A stretch of 63,994 nt of DNA, the filler included, from Piptocephalis cylindrospora (Eukaryota): assembly GCA_003614145.1 (NCBI GenBank). It is 5 parts of 5 records of this genome, joined end to end, with 100 filler letters (N's around TTAATTAATTAA, not from the genome) between each part and the next. Parts side by side here need not be neighbours in the genome. Positions count along the whole stretch, not along the records: positions 51,441 to 63,994 come from KZ987967.1; 4 more parts are not named here. One strand, given 5' to 3'. Within the stretch, counting starts at the first letter, position 1. Each line of letters opens with the position of its first letter. Below, one piece after another: positions 51,441 to 63,940 of this stretch. Under the pieces are notes generated by a model, which ran no database searches, was not told the origin of the DNA, and saw only the letters and a program-made list of their open reading frames with translations. A program made the translations under genes and the position numbers.

Positions 51441-51494
<54 letters not shown>

Positions 51495-54400
51495 GTAGAG
51501 GTAAGGCTTCCTGCACTCCCTGGGAATGGAGGAGTGCACAAGGACGTCCAGAAGGGGTGGGATGCATGACGTGGAGGTTAGTTCTGTCCGGTTGAGTGGG
51601 TGGGTGGGTGGATGCAAAAGGAGGGAGGGGGATGCGGATCCAGGGTCAAGACATACCCATTCCCTCATCTGCAGCCGATAGCACAGGCCAGAAATAACAT
51701 ATAAAGGTCTGATGGTCTTGAGAGCGGAGTTGGCGCGTATGCAGGCCGTCCCAGTCGGACTTTACGACCATCGAAGTGTACCTACTGTGTCGTCTCCGAT
51801 CCTGCCGTGCCATCTCCGACTTGATGTGGATGTGGTGTGAGGGGAAAAGAAGCAGGATGTGGAGGTAGGTGTGGGAGGCGGGATTCCATGATCTGATGGG
51901 AGGATCCATCCCGAGAGAAGGGGACACAGAGCCTTCATGGTGAAGTTCGTGAACAGAGCCTAAAAAGGGGACAACGGGTGTGACATCGTACGATCATGGA
52001 AAAGTGTCACCTCCATCTGCATGTCATCTCATGAGCCTGCTACATGAGGGCTCCTTCCCAATCTATACCTTAGTTCACCGTTGCGGCTTTGCAAGACGAG
52101 GGATATGTAAGCTGGTGTCATTTGCTCGCTTGGCTCTTTTTAGTGCACCATTAATAATAGCGTGTCATTTACATCCATTAAAACCTCTCTCATGCGAGTC
52201 AATCAGATGATACAACGCCTCGGGTATGTATGAGATCATCATGGTGAGTACTGGATAAGACCGCATCACCACCATCTTCTCCTCGGTCTATCATCATCCC
52301 CCTTGATTCCCAGAGAGGCCCTTTCAACTGTGCCCCAGCTAAATGGGGAGAATGGTGGAGAAGGACCTTCCAATGGCACGGCTCCCATAGGAGAACCCAG
52401 TTGTACCTCCGGGCACATATGACATAAAGTACCTAAAGGAAGGGAGATAAGTGCGGGAAAAGCGGTCCAATCAATGAGCACCATTGCACCTACCAGATCA
52501 ACGCTATCAACTGAACTAGGCTAGCCAACAAGGTAAGGATATAGCCCTTTTTCTACAAAGGAAGATAGGCTCAGTAAAGACTCCATGATCCTTCATCGGC
52601 CCAGATACTTACAGCAAGGGTAAAGAAAAGAGTGAGCCCCATAGAAGAGAAATAAATTGTGGTAAAAAGGAGCCTTTCCTTAGAGATGAGATGTCGAGTA
52701 TGCGCCGCTGGACCACGGAGAAGGGCAAAGCTAAAGGAATGGAGAGGGGGCATTTAGAAAATAGTACAAATACCAACTCATCTTACCAGCCCACCTTTAC
52801 CTAATCATCACGAGAAGACTCCCAAGGGTAAAGGAAAGAGCGAATTTTTGAGGTCTGATGATGAGCATGGGCAAGGTGAAGAAGGACTATAGGAGATCGA
52901 AAAGGGATGAGAGGAGATCGACGGGGGGATGGCGAGTGTTACGGCGGTCTAAAATGAATAAACCCTGTTCCAACGCCTCGACATCTCTCCACTGACCAGA
53001 AAGAGGCAAAATGCTCCGAGAAGGGAGCAGATGATGAATCCAATAAACCTCTACATGGGTGTAGAAGGTAAGTGCCCGTACGAAACCTTCCTCCCTATTA
53101 CTCTCTCTCTAAAAGCATCTACCTGGGTGTAGGTCAGACCGAAAAAGGACTCATCTTCGTCTTCAGCACCAAAGGGTGTGTACCCACCAATCCTTCGGCT
53201 GACCCCTGAGAACCATGAACCAATACCCCCTTCTTCCGTTGGTTCGGCGGTGTCAGGTGGGGCCGAGTTGGCTCGTGAGAGAAAGGACAAGCGTTCTCCA
53301 AGGGTTCTAGAATCGCCGGAGGCCATATCAGAGGAAGGATCGAGTATCTTTGAATAAGTGAGATGGAGAGGGAAAGGGAAAGGAGGAAGGAACCTCGGGT
53401 CAAGGGGGGATTGAGGCAGGGGAAGGGCGTGGTTAAAGGAAGAGGGACCAAGCATTACCAGAGGCAGGACCAAGTCTCCCTTTTGCCTGCCAACCAACCT
53501 TGACTCCTAAACCTCACAAGGGATCCGAAGATTGTATACGATATCGTTGTTCCTGATCTATGGTTATTATTAGACCAAAATTGACGGACAAGATCAGTAT
53601 CAAACGATGAGGTTTAAGAATTATCCTCCATACTCTCTCATATGGATCATGGATGGCTAGGTCATCTTGCATGGTATATATCCTTGCCTCCCCCTGAAAG
53701 AACAGCTCATCTCCTGGGTCCTCGAAGGTTTGCATTTCATGTTCCAGGTCTGAAAGGTGACGGTGGGCATCCTCTCACAATGGAGATGATGTGCCCACGA
53801 TTGATTATTTACCCCTCCATGCTCTCCTGCTTGGAGACAATACCACTACTATCGCTCTAGGAGGTAGATGTGGGCAGACCAGGTGATACCCTATCAACTT
53901 GACATCATTGTAGCGGCTCACAAAAAAGTCCGGGGTCAGCCAAATGAGTTCAATTGACCGAAAGTAGTAGTACTAGTAGTAATAAACAGCGTAATGTCAA
54001 TTGACCGAAAGCACATTGTATAGTCGGTTCAATATGTAAAATTGGTGTTGAAAAAAATATTGCCGTATGAGGAAAAGATTCAAACCCATCTCTATAAGAT
54101 ACAGAACCGTTCAAACACACAGTCTTTTTCCTTTTTGCTTACGTAACTCCTATGATGATGCCGGTAGTGAGAAGAGGTCCAGCAGGGGTACATTCAAGCC
54201 AATAAGATATATGTAAAAAGTGAGCTCTGTTGTCGAAACCATTTTATTTTCCCTAGTGGGGTATGTGCTAAAGGTATCTAAACACAATACCCGCCTCATT
54301 GGCCAGCATGCGTGGTACCAGAATCCTCGGAGGGTATTATATGGAAAGAATCCCAAGGTAAGGAATCAAGTACCGACACCCTCCTCTAAAATAGCGCCCA

Positions 54401-55631
54401 TCTCATTTTGGACAATCCCACGAACCACAAATTGACCATTGATTATCCATCAGGAGTTCATTGAAAAACATTCCAGGGATGGTCACGAAGCTCTTGAGTC
54501 GAGAAATCCACACATCCTGGGAGATGGAGGCAATGGAGATGCTCAAAGGCTCCAGAAATGACGAAGGGGTGCAATGAACTCAACTCGAGATCATGTCTAG
54601 ACTAGTATTAAAGAGGTTACATTCCTGGCTGATGAGTACCACGCATGAGAAGGATTTATGGCCTAGATGTAATCTCGGGAAGGTATGGGAGAGATAGAAC
54701 GAGATCAAAAAAAACGGAGATCAAAGGAGAAGAGAGCGAAGGCCATGACAGGGACAAGAAGAACTATGCAGGGGCAAAATGTATTAGAGGACAACGATGG
54801 TACACCTCGAACGATCGAGAGTTTCCTTGTGAGTGGCAATCTAAAGCACGCCCATGCAATCCTCCGGGTGGATCTGGTGATGATAGTTCTTTGTTACTTA
54901 TCAAAATATTTACAAGAGACGTGCCAGATAACCGCATCGAATATTGCACACCTTCCCGATCATGGCTACTGACGTGTAATGCCATTATTAAGGATCTAAT
55001 AGCCTTTACCAAAATGACAAAGAACGGTTTTATAAACAAGTATTCGCTGAAAGACAATATATTTAATAAGTTTAATAATCCTTGAGATCATTATATACAC
55101 AAAATAATCACTTCCTATGGGTATTCAATGCTTATTCTAATTTTGAGAAAGAGCACCATCATTGACGCCATCAACCGAATTATAAACAGATTAATATAAT
55201 CAAGTCGAATTTTTTACCTATAAGAATTAGTAGCATGTCCATCCTTTCATTCAATCTGAAAGGATTACGTCGACTGAATGATCAATCCAGCTCCAGCCTT
55301 CCCTTCCCCATTCATTCATCGTAGGCATCAGCCTTGATAATATATGGTATCTCTCAATTTGAGCAGTCCTCCCCTTATCCTACTTCCTTTGAGAGGTAGC
55401 AGCAGTCATTTGCATCTCCACCTGACACTCTTTTCCTTGATTTACAGGCCAACTCTCTTCATAGACCATCGTCCGATGCCCTACCCATTAGTTCATCTCC
55501 TTGCCGCAGCGGCACTATCCTTCACTAGCGCCCCTGTCATCCCAATATGCTCTTCTTTACATAGACGTCCCATAGGGCTCCCACCGAGCAATAATTACTC
55601 CTATTCTTGTATGTTCCATCAGTCTCCCTCC
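51441..55631 (+). repeat. left arm of a 4191-bp inverted repeat, starting with G53
   Basis: every ORF mirrors one in 59804-63994 with coordinate sum 115435; complementarity ends between 55631/59804 and 55632/59803. Confidence 0.97.
52339..53326 (-). CDS. SFT2: Sft2/Got1-family vesicle transport membrane protein (mirror copy)
   Basis: reverse complement of 62109-63096. Confidence 0.88.
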
Positions 55632-55956
55632 TCCCCTTCCCTTCCCTTCCCTTCCCTTACAGCTTTGGCCTTCTCTTCCTTCCTTTCTCATCGCAATCAT
55701 CTTTCCCTTTCTGTCCACCCTCCCTTCCTTCCGTCTCAAGGCGTTGACCGTTTTTCTTTTTCCTCGCTTCAAGGCGTTGATCGTCTTGCCCCTCTCGCTC
55801 TCAGCAATCGTTTTTTCTCTTCTCTTCTCTTCCCTCTCGCTCTTGTCCTCGCAGCCCTTTCGTCAGCCACATTTCTCTGTTCTCCCGTTGTGCTAAACGC
55901 TTTCCGCTTCCTGCTCTCAACACGCTCGCACGTCTTACTTTGCCCATTCTCTCGGC

Positions 55957-56556
55957 ATGATTGTCTTTCGTTCTGTCCTCCTTCCTTTGGCTCTTCTCGC
56001 CACGGCCTTGACCTCGGGTTATGCATCTCCCGTTACCATCGGCTACCCAGCACCTGCGATATATCTTGTATCGGCCGCGACCCGCCAAGCCATTGCCCAG
56101 AGTCTCGATGATGGCCGGGCTATCCTAGCTCTCGAGAGCAAGGATCGGGTGGATCTCACGTCCTTTACTCTTACTCGATCTCTTCAGCCAGGGTCCCCAA
56201 CGCAAATACACGTTGAGGGAGGAAACGCTCGTAATCCCTGGTGCCTTGCTCGTGGCCCCCCTGAGATATTTCGCAATGTCAAGCTTACCGGAAAGCCCGT
56301 CCCCACCTTCATGGCCGTACCGTGTAATACCCTGAAAAAGGACATTATCGTAAATTGGGATGTGGGTGTCACGATGACTCATGAAGGGATTGAGGGCTGG
56401 ACTCTACAGCCCTATGGTTTTGGTCGTAGCCGCAATCACTGCATGGGGCCAAATATCCGCTATGATCAGGAAGCTACGCTCGTGGAGCTTCCCTGCGATC
56501 AGGGTGACGATGCCATTTGGATCACTTCCACGAGGCATACCTCAATCACCGAGTAG
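55957..56556 (+). CDS. putative secreted small Cys-containing protein, possibly ricin-B/beta-trefoil-like
   Basis: signal peptide MIVFRSVLLPLALLATALTSGYA; two C-hydrophobic...PC...W units (WCLARG...AVPCNT...VNW; HCMGPN...ELPCDQGDDAIW). Confidence 0.65.
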   Translation: MIVFRSVLLPLALLATALTSGYASPVTIGYPAPAIYLVSAATRQAIAQSLDDGRAILALESKDRVDLTSFTLTRSLQPGSPTQIHVEGGNARNPWCLARGPPEIFRNVKLTGKPVPTFMAVPCNTLKKDIIVNWDVGVTMTHEGIEGWTLQPYGFGRSRNHCMGPNIRYDQEATLVELPCDQGDDAIWITSTRHTSITE

Positions 56557-57633
56557 ATACCTAGCCTATTGAGAGGATCCACATTTTAGGTCCAAGTTTA
56601 CTGGCCGGTCCTCTCATTTTTTATTCGCTAGGCCCTTCCTGGGGGGGACAATGTCCATATCTTTATAGATATCTTCTCTTATCCCTTCCCTTGTGCTTTG
56701 TATCTTGAAGATGGACATGTACAGTGGGTGCTCTGAGACACATGATCATGTTTGGACAACTTCCTTCAAAGACTTAATGTGTATCGGTCAGGGCAGTGAC
56801 GATAAACTCTATGATACTCTTGATGTCATTGCCAAAGTTTGACATGCTTCCGCCTTTACACAGTTGTTGCATGGACTAATGTCCTACCGTCTATACACTA
56901 TAAGACATAATGAGTGATGTGTTGACAGGGCAAAGCCCAACGCGATCGAAATTTACATGCTGTAGTAAAGTGTGAGGGACTCGGCAAAAACCTTTGAGAA
57001 TGATTGTTTTGAAACCGCGCACGGAATCTACTTGGATGGCAGGCCGTATAGATATTGAACAGCGCATGAAACCAGGACCCAAGCGAGATATTGACGTTTT
57101 GGCTGGTCATCCAGCGTGCGTGTGGAGGGTGTGTGCATAGGGGGTCTTTTTGGTGTATGTGGGGAAGGGGGGAGAGAATAAAGGACTCAGCCGATCCAGA
57201 TCATTATGCTCCCCATACGCTTCATCTTCCGTAAAGGTATTGACTTCTTCTCTTTGAACGTGTATCGTCTCCATTTACCCTCGTTGGACTTCTGCCTAGT
57301 CACAATACTGGCAATGTGTTCAATTCTTTTGGGATAATCATAGCCATGAAAGTGAACGGCCTTGCACTGGCTACACTTGGCAGAAGGCAAAGGGTACAGC
57401 GTCAGGGGTTGAGTGAGAAAAAGTCGTAGGCTTATTAATAAGAGCCAGAATAATGCTCGAGTCCTTTGAAGAACCAAAATACGGACCGGTTGAATCCATC
57501 CGGTGAGTCAGAGGCCTCAGAGCATTTTCCAGATACATATACCCCATCTTACTCTTTCTTTTCCATCATAGACACGCCCGAGTTGGATGTATCAGCATCA
57601 GATCTCATCATTTTCTATGTATGGATGGATCAT

Positions 57634-58530
57634 TTACACGCAAATGATGGCGCTACTGTCGTCCTTGCAGGTAAAGGAGTTGGGGCATTGGACGGGAACA
57701 TCACCCTCGGGGCCGCAGACAAAGTAGGTAGAACCGATATCACAGTGCTTGGCGCCAAGAGTGGAGCAATCCTGGAGGCTCTTGCGATCCTTTGGCTGGG
57801 ACAGGTCCTTGGGGGTAGTAACATTAAAGGAGATGACATTGGTGGCGGTAGCAACCGATCCATCGATCTGATAGTTGAGCGTCCCATCCTCGGGGGCGGA
57901 GTCATTCACCACTTCGCCTCCCTCGCTGGTCTTGGTGATGCGCTGAGCAAGGAGTCCAGGAACATACTTGGAGGCTGCAGCAGTGTTCCACTCATCAATG
58001 ATGGGGTGTCCAAGGATATTGACGATAAGGAGATCCTTACCGGTCAGGGTGCCCTGGGAGGAGCCCTCGATCTTGACATCGGCGCAATTGGTGTAGTACT
58101 CACGGTTTCCAGTGGCGTTGATCCAGGACCAATGGAAGACCGCGTGGGAGGAGGCAGGGGCATCAATAGGGATGGTAACAGGGAAGATACGGTTTGAATC
58201 CCGAAGGGGACTCGAGTCAGTGGTGTTGATGACAATCCAGTTCTTATGGTCATAGGTGAGAGAGAATTGGAAGTAGCCTCCATCATGGGTAGTGACACCC
58301 TCGATTTCCACTTGAAGAACCTCACCAGCCTTGATGGTCTGGACAGGGGCACGGGCATGCTTGCCTTGGCAAATGTCATTACCAGGGCTTGTGATACTGT
58401 AGTCAATCTCATTAAAGGGGATTCCAGGCAAGCTGACATGACCACGGGGGATCGGGTTGATGATGTTCATGTGAGCCAAGACCGAGGATCCCATGGCTAG
58501 GGCCGAGAGGAGGGCTAGAGCGACTTGCAT
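57634..58530 (-). CDS. AA11-like lytic polysaccharide monooxygenase with C-terminal CBM19-like module
   Basis: signal peptide MQVALALLSALAMGSSVLA then N-terminal His (HMNIINPIPR), second His in THDGGYFQFSLTYD, WSWINATGNREYYTNCADV; Cys-rich tail CSTLGAKHC...YFVC...VQCPNSFTC...IIC; TATA-like element near 58687-58694. Confidence 0.85.
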   Translation of the reverse strand: MQVALALLSALAMGSSVLAHMNIINPIPRGHVSLPGIPFNEIDYSITSPGNDICQGKHARAPVQTIKAGEVLQVEIEGVTTHDGGYFQFSLTYDHKNWIVINTTDSSPLRDSNRIFPVTIPIDAPASSHAVFHWSWINATGNREYYTNCADVKIEGSSQGTLTGKDLLIVNILGHPIIDEWNTAAASKYVPGLLAQRITKTSEGGEVVNDSAPEDGTLNYQIDGSVATATNVISFNVTTPKDLSQPKDRKSLQDCSTLGAKHCDIGSTYFVCGPEGDVPVQCPNSFTCKDDSSAIICV

Positions 58531-59803
58531 AGTGGAATGGAGGATCAAGGACGGGTAGAATGGGTAAGTAAGTAGATGGGTAGGTAATTTTAGGTAAGTG
58601 GAGGGGTAGAGACAGGTACTGGGGAGGCTTGGGTGATGGGGAAAAAGAGAGAGGTTGATAAGAGAGGTGATGCAAGATCTGGACCTTTTTATATCTGACC
58701 GTGATCATACTTCTACTCGAAAGGAAGTATGGGCTCTCATATCAACGGGTACTGAATGAAGAAGGGCGGGAGTAGTTCATCCAAGATCCATTCTTGCTCC
58801 CTGGCTTTTCGAAAACGGAAAGGGCGCCCGTAGGAAAATCATATCCGGCATTTGTCATCTGAAGTGCAGGACCCTTTCCTTCAAGGGACGGGTGTTTTCT
58901 TCCTTCCGGGAACACAAGAACTATTCCTCAAGGAAGAAAGGTCCAGGAGAGAGTATCTCCCTCGTCCTATCTAGCAGCATTTACTTTACCGAATGATTAG
59001 CATATAGGGTCTTCTTGCATGACTGGCGCTATTAATTGCCCAGCTCAGGCGCGCCTTTGCTCAACTGGTACCGAACCATTGATAACTTGCTTTCCGAGTC
59101 CCTGACCATTGATAATTCACTCATGCGCTCATCAGTAGACGACACGGAATGGGGCCCTGACTTATCTGATGTTGGAAGTGGAGGGGCAGAGGAGGCTTTG
59201 CTTGAGGCAGACCGGGGTTTCTGAAGGGGTTTTAAACCCTGGTGAATGGTGTGCACACGGGAAGGGTCGTGAGGAGCTGCCCTGTGAGGAAAATGTGGAG
59301 CTTTTAAGAACTGTTCAAGTGGCCGTCCATTGGACCCTCCAATTCAGCGGAGATTCGGCCTAGGAGTGCATAAGAGGTGCGAGTTGAGAATGCCCTATTC
59401 CACCAGATCTGCCCCACCAAAGATCTAGTCGTCCGCATTAGATCTACCCATTGTTTGTCTCGTTGTGCGCTCCTACTGGTAGTGCTAGTGATGGCCATCT
59501 TCCTTGAGATGGAAAGGAAAAGGAGGGATTTGTCGTGATGAGACGATCTGCTTATCCAAGGTGACAGCATGGCACATGGAAGAACTTTGGGGCTGCTCAA
59601 GGACGGTGGGAAAGAAGGGGGCAAGGCTTCAATAGAGATCCCCATGACCCTGATCAGGCACTGGTTTAGAAGGGAAGGAGTGTGGAGCGATTTGTACTAC
59701 TGGCCATCGGGAAACTGAAGCGACAGGAACGGGAGCCAGTACACTTTGTATCGTCCCACCTCACATTCCAAATGGATCTCCTGGATGACTGGATGGGAGA
59801 TCT

Positions 59804-62800
59804 GGAGGGAGACTGATGGAACATACAAGAATAGGAGTAATTATTGCTCGGTGGGAGCCCTATGGGACGTCTATGTAAAGAAGAGCATATTGGGATGACA
59901 GGGGCGCTAGTGAAGGATAGTGCCGCTGCGGCAAGGAGATGAACTAATGGGTAGGGCATCGGACGATGGTCTATGAAGAGAGTTGGCCTGTAAATCAAGG
60001 AAAAGAGTGTCAGGTGGAGATGCAAATGACTGCTGCTACCTCTCAAAGGAAGTAGGATAAGGGGAGGACTGCTCAAATTGAGAGATACCATATATTATCA
60101 AGGCTGATGCCTACGATGAATGAATGGGGAAGGGAAGGCTGGAGCTGGATTGATCATTCAGTCGACGTAATCCTTTCAGATTGAATGAAAGGATGGACAT
60201 GCTACTAATTCTTATAGGTAAAAAATTCGACTTGATTATATTAATCTGTTTATAATTCGGTTGATGGCGTCAATGATGGTGCTCTTTCTCAAAATTAGAA
60301 TAAGCATTGAATACCCATAGGAAGTGATTATTTTGTGTATATAATGATCTCAAGGATTATTAAACTTATTAAATATATTGTCTTTCAGCGAATACTTGTT
60401 TATAAAACCGTTCTTTGTCATTTTGGTAAAGGCTATTAGATCCTTAATAATGGCATTACACGTCAGTAGCCATGATCGGGAAGGTGTGCAATATTCGATG
60501 CGGTTATCTGGCACGTCTCTTGTAAATATTTTGATAAGTAACAAAGAACTATCATCACCAGATCCACCCGGAGGATTGCATGGGCGTGCTTTAGATTGCC
60601 ACTCACAAGGAAACTCTCGATCGTTCGAGGTGTACCATCGTTGTCCTCTAATACATTTTGCCCCTGCATAGTTCTTCTTGTCCCTGTCATGGCCTTCGCT
60701 CTCTTCTCCTTTGATCTCCGTTTTTTTTGATCTCGTTCTATCTCTCCCATACCTTCCCGAGATTACATCTAGGCCATAAATCCTTCTCATGCGTGGTACT
60801 CATCAGCCAGGAATGTAACCTCTTTAATACTAGTCTAGACATGATCTCGAGTTGAGTTCATTGCACCCCTTCGTCATTTCTGGAGCCTTTGAGCATCTCC
60901 ATTGCCTCCATCTCCCAGGATGTGTGGATTTCTCGACTCAAGAGCTTCGTGACCATCCCTGGAATGTTTTTCAATGAACTCCTGATGGATAATCAATGGT
61001 CAATTTGTGGTTCGTGGGATTGTCCAAAATGAGATGGGCGCTATTTTAGAGGAGGGTGTCGGTACTTGATTCCTTACCTTGGGATTCTTTCCATATAATA
61101 CCCTCCGAGGATTCTGGTACCACGCATGCTGGCCAATGAGGCGGGTATTGTGTTTAGATACCTTTAGCACATACCCCACTAGGGAAAATAAAATGGTTTC
61201 GACAACAGAGCTCACTTTTTACATATATCTTATTGGCTTGAATGTACCCCTGCTGGACCTCTTCTCACTACCGGCATCATCATAGGAGTTACGTAAGCAA
61301 AAAGGAAAAAGACTGTGTGTTTGAACGGTTCTGTATCTTATAGAGATGGGTTTGAATCTTTTCCTCATACGGCAATATTTTTTTCAACACCAATTTTACA
61401 TATTGAACCGACTATACAATGTGCTTTCGGTCAATTGACATTACGCTGTTTATTACTACTAGTACTACTACTTTCGGTCAATTGAACTCATTTGGCTGAC
61501 CCCGGACTTTTTTGTGAGCCGCTACAATGATGTCAAGTTGATAGGGTATCACCTGGTCTGCCCACATCTACCTCCTAGAGCGATAGTAGTGGTATTGTCT
61601 CCAAGCAGGAGAGCATGGAGGGGTAAATAATCAATCGTGGGCACATCATCTCCATTGTGAGAGGATGCCCACCGTCACCTTTCAGACCTGGAACATGAAA
61701 TGCAAACCTTCGAGGACCCAGGAGATGAGCTGTTCTTTCAGGGGGAGGCAAGGATATATACCATGCAAGATGACCTAGCCATCCATGATCCATATGAGAG
61801 AGTATGGAGGATAATTCTTAAACCTCATCGTTTGATACTGATCTTGTCCGTCAATTTTGGTCTAATAATAACCATAGATCAGGAACAACGATATCGTATA
61901 CAATCTTCGGATCCCTTGTGAGGTTTAGGAGTCAAGGTTGGTTGGCAGGCAAAAGGGAGACTTGGTCCTGCCTCTGGTAATGCTTGGTCCCTCTTCCTTT
62001 AACCACGCCCTTCCCCTGCCTCAATCCCCCCTTGACCCGAGGTTCCTTCCTCCTTTCCCTTTCCCTCTCCATCTCACTTATTCAAAGATACTCGATCCTT
62101 CCTCTGATATGGCCTCCGGCGATTCTAGAACCCTTGGAGAACGCTTGTCCTTTCTCTCACGAGCCAACTCGGCCCCACCTGACACCGCCGAACCAACGGA
62201 AGAAGGGGGTATTGGTTCATGGTTCTCAGGGGTCAGCCGAAGGATTGGTGGGTACACACCCTTTGGTGCTGAAGACGAAGATGAGTCCTTTTTCGGTCTG
62301 ACCTACACCCAGGTAGATGCTTTTAGAGAGAGAGTAATAGGGAGGAAGGTTTCGTACGGGCACTTACCTTCTACACCCATGTAGAGGTTTATTGGATTCA
62401 TCATCTGCTCCCTTCTCGGAGCATTTTGCCTCTTTCTGGTCAGTGGAGAGATGTCGAGGCGTTGGAACAGGGTTTATTCATTTTAGACCGCCGTAACACT
62501 CGCCATCCCCCCGTCGATCTCCTCTCATCCCTTTTCGATCTCCTATAGTCCTTCTTCACCTTGCCCATGCTCATCATCAGACCTCAAAAATTCGCTCTTT
62601 CCTTTACCCTTGGGAGTCTTCTCGTGATGATTAGGTAAAGGTGGGCTGGTAAGATGAGTTGGTATTTGTACTATTTTCTAAATGCCCCCTCTCCATTCCT
62701 TTAGCTTTGCCCTTCTCCGTGGTCCAGCGGCGCATACTCGACATCTCATCTCTAAGGAAAGGCTCCTTTTTACCACAATTTATTTCTCTTCTATGGGGCT

Positions 62801-63940
62801 CACTCTTTTCTTTACCCTTGCTGTAAGTATCTGGGCCGATGAAGGATCATGGAGTCTTTACTGAGCCTATCTTCCTTTGTAGAAAAAGGGCTATATCCTT
62901 ACCTTGTTGGCTAGCCTAGTTCAGTTGATAGCGTTGATCTGGTAGGTGCAATGGTGCTCATTGATTGGACCGCTTTTCCCGCACTTATCTCCCTTCCTTT
63001 AGGTACTTTATGTCATATGTGCCCGGAGGTACAACTGGGTTCTCCTATGGGAGCCGTGCCATTGGAAGGTCCTTCTCCACCATTCTCCCCATTTAGCTGG
63101 GGCACAGTTGAAAGGGCCTCTCTGGGAATCAAGGGGGATGATGATAGACCGAGGAGAAGATGGTGGTGATGCGGTCTTATCCAGTACTCACCATGATGAT
63201 CTCATACATACCCGAGGCGTTGTATCATCTGATTGACTCGCATGAGAGAGGTTTTAATGGATGTAAATGACACGCTATTATTAATGGTGCACTAAAAAGA
63301 GCCAAGCGAGCAAATGACACCAGCTTACATATCCCTCGTCTTGCAAAGCCGCAACGGTGAACTAAGGTATAGATTGGGAAGGAGCCCTCATGTAGCAGGC
63401 TCATGAGATGACATGCAGATGGAGGTGACACTTTTCCATGATCGTACGATGTCACACCCGTTGTCCCCTTTTTAGGCTCTGTTCACGAACTTCACCATGA
63501 AGGCTCTGTGTCCCCTTCTCTCGGGATGGATCCTCCCATCAGATCATGGAATCCCGCCTCCCACACCTACCTCCACATCCTGCTTCTTTTCCCCTCACAC
63601 CACATCCACATCAAGTCGGAGATGGCACGGCAGGATCGGAGACGACACAGTAGGTACACTTCGATGGTCGTAAAGTCCGACTGGGACGGCCTGCATACGC
63701 GCCAACTCCGCTCTCAAGACCATCAGACCTTTATATGTTATTTCTGGCCTGTGCTATCGGCTGCAGATGAGGGAATGGGTATGTCTTGACCCTGGATCCG
63801 CATCCCCCTCCCTCCTTTTGCATCCACCCACCCACCCACTCAACCGGACAGAACTAACCTCCACGTCATGCATCCCACCCCTTCTGGACGTCCTTGTGCA
63901 CTCCTCCATTCCCAGGGAGTGCAGGAAGCCTTACCTCTAC

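Noticed and set aside
54645..55085. 146-aa and overlapping ORFs in the repeat arms (mirror 60350-60790)
   Set aside because: No recognisable motifs; duplication is explained by the inverted repeat and is not evidence of coding.
57466..58197. 243-aa plus-strand ORF, representative of many long antisense ORFs in the window
   Set aside because: Shadow of a real gene on the opposite strand (here the LPMO); the same applies within the Sec7, EMW1 and CDC45 genes.
59032..59803. Fragmented minus-strand ORFs between the right junction and the LPMO promoter
   Set aside because: Multiple stops and frame changes with no recognisable family; cannot be supported as a gene or pseudogene.
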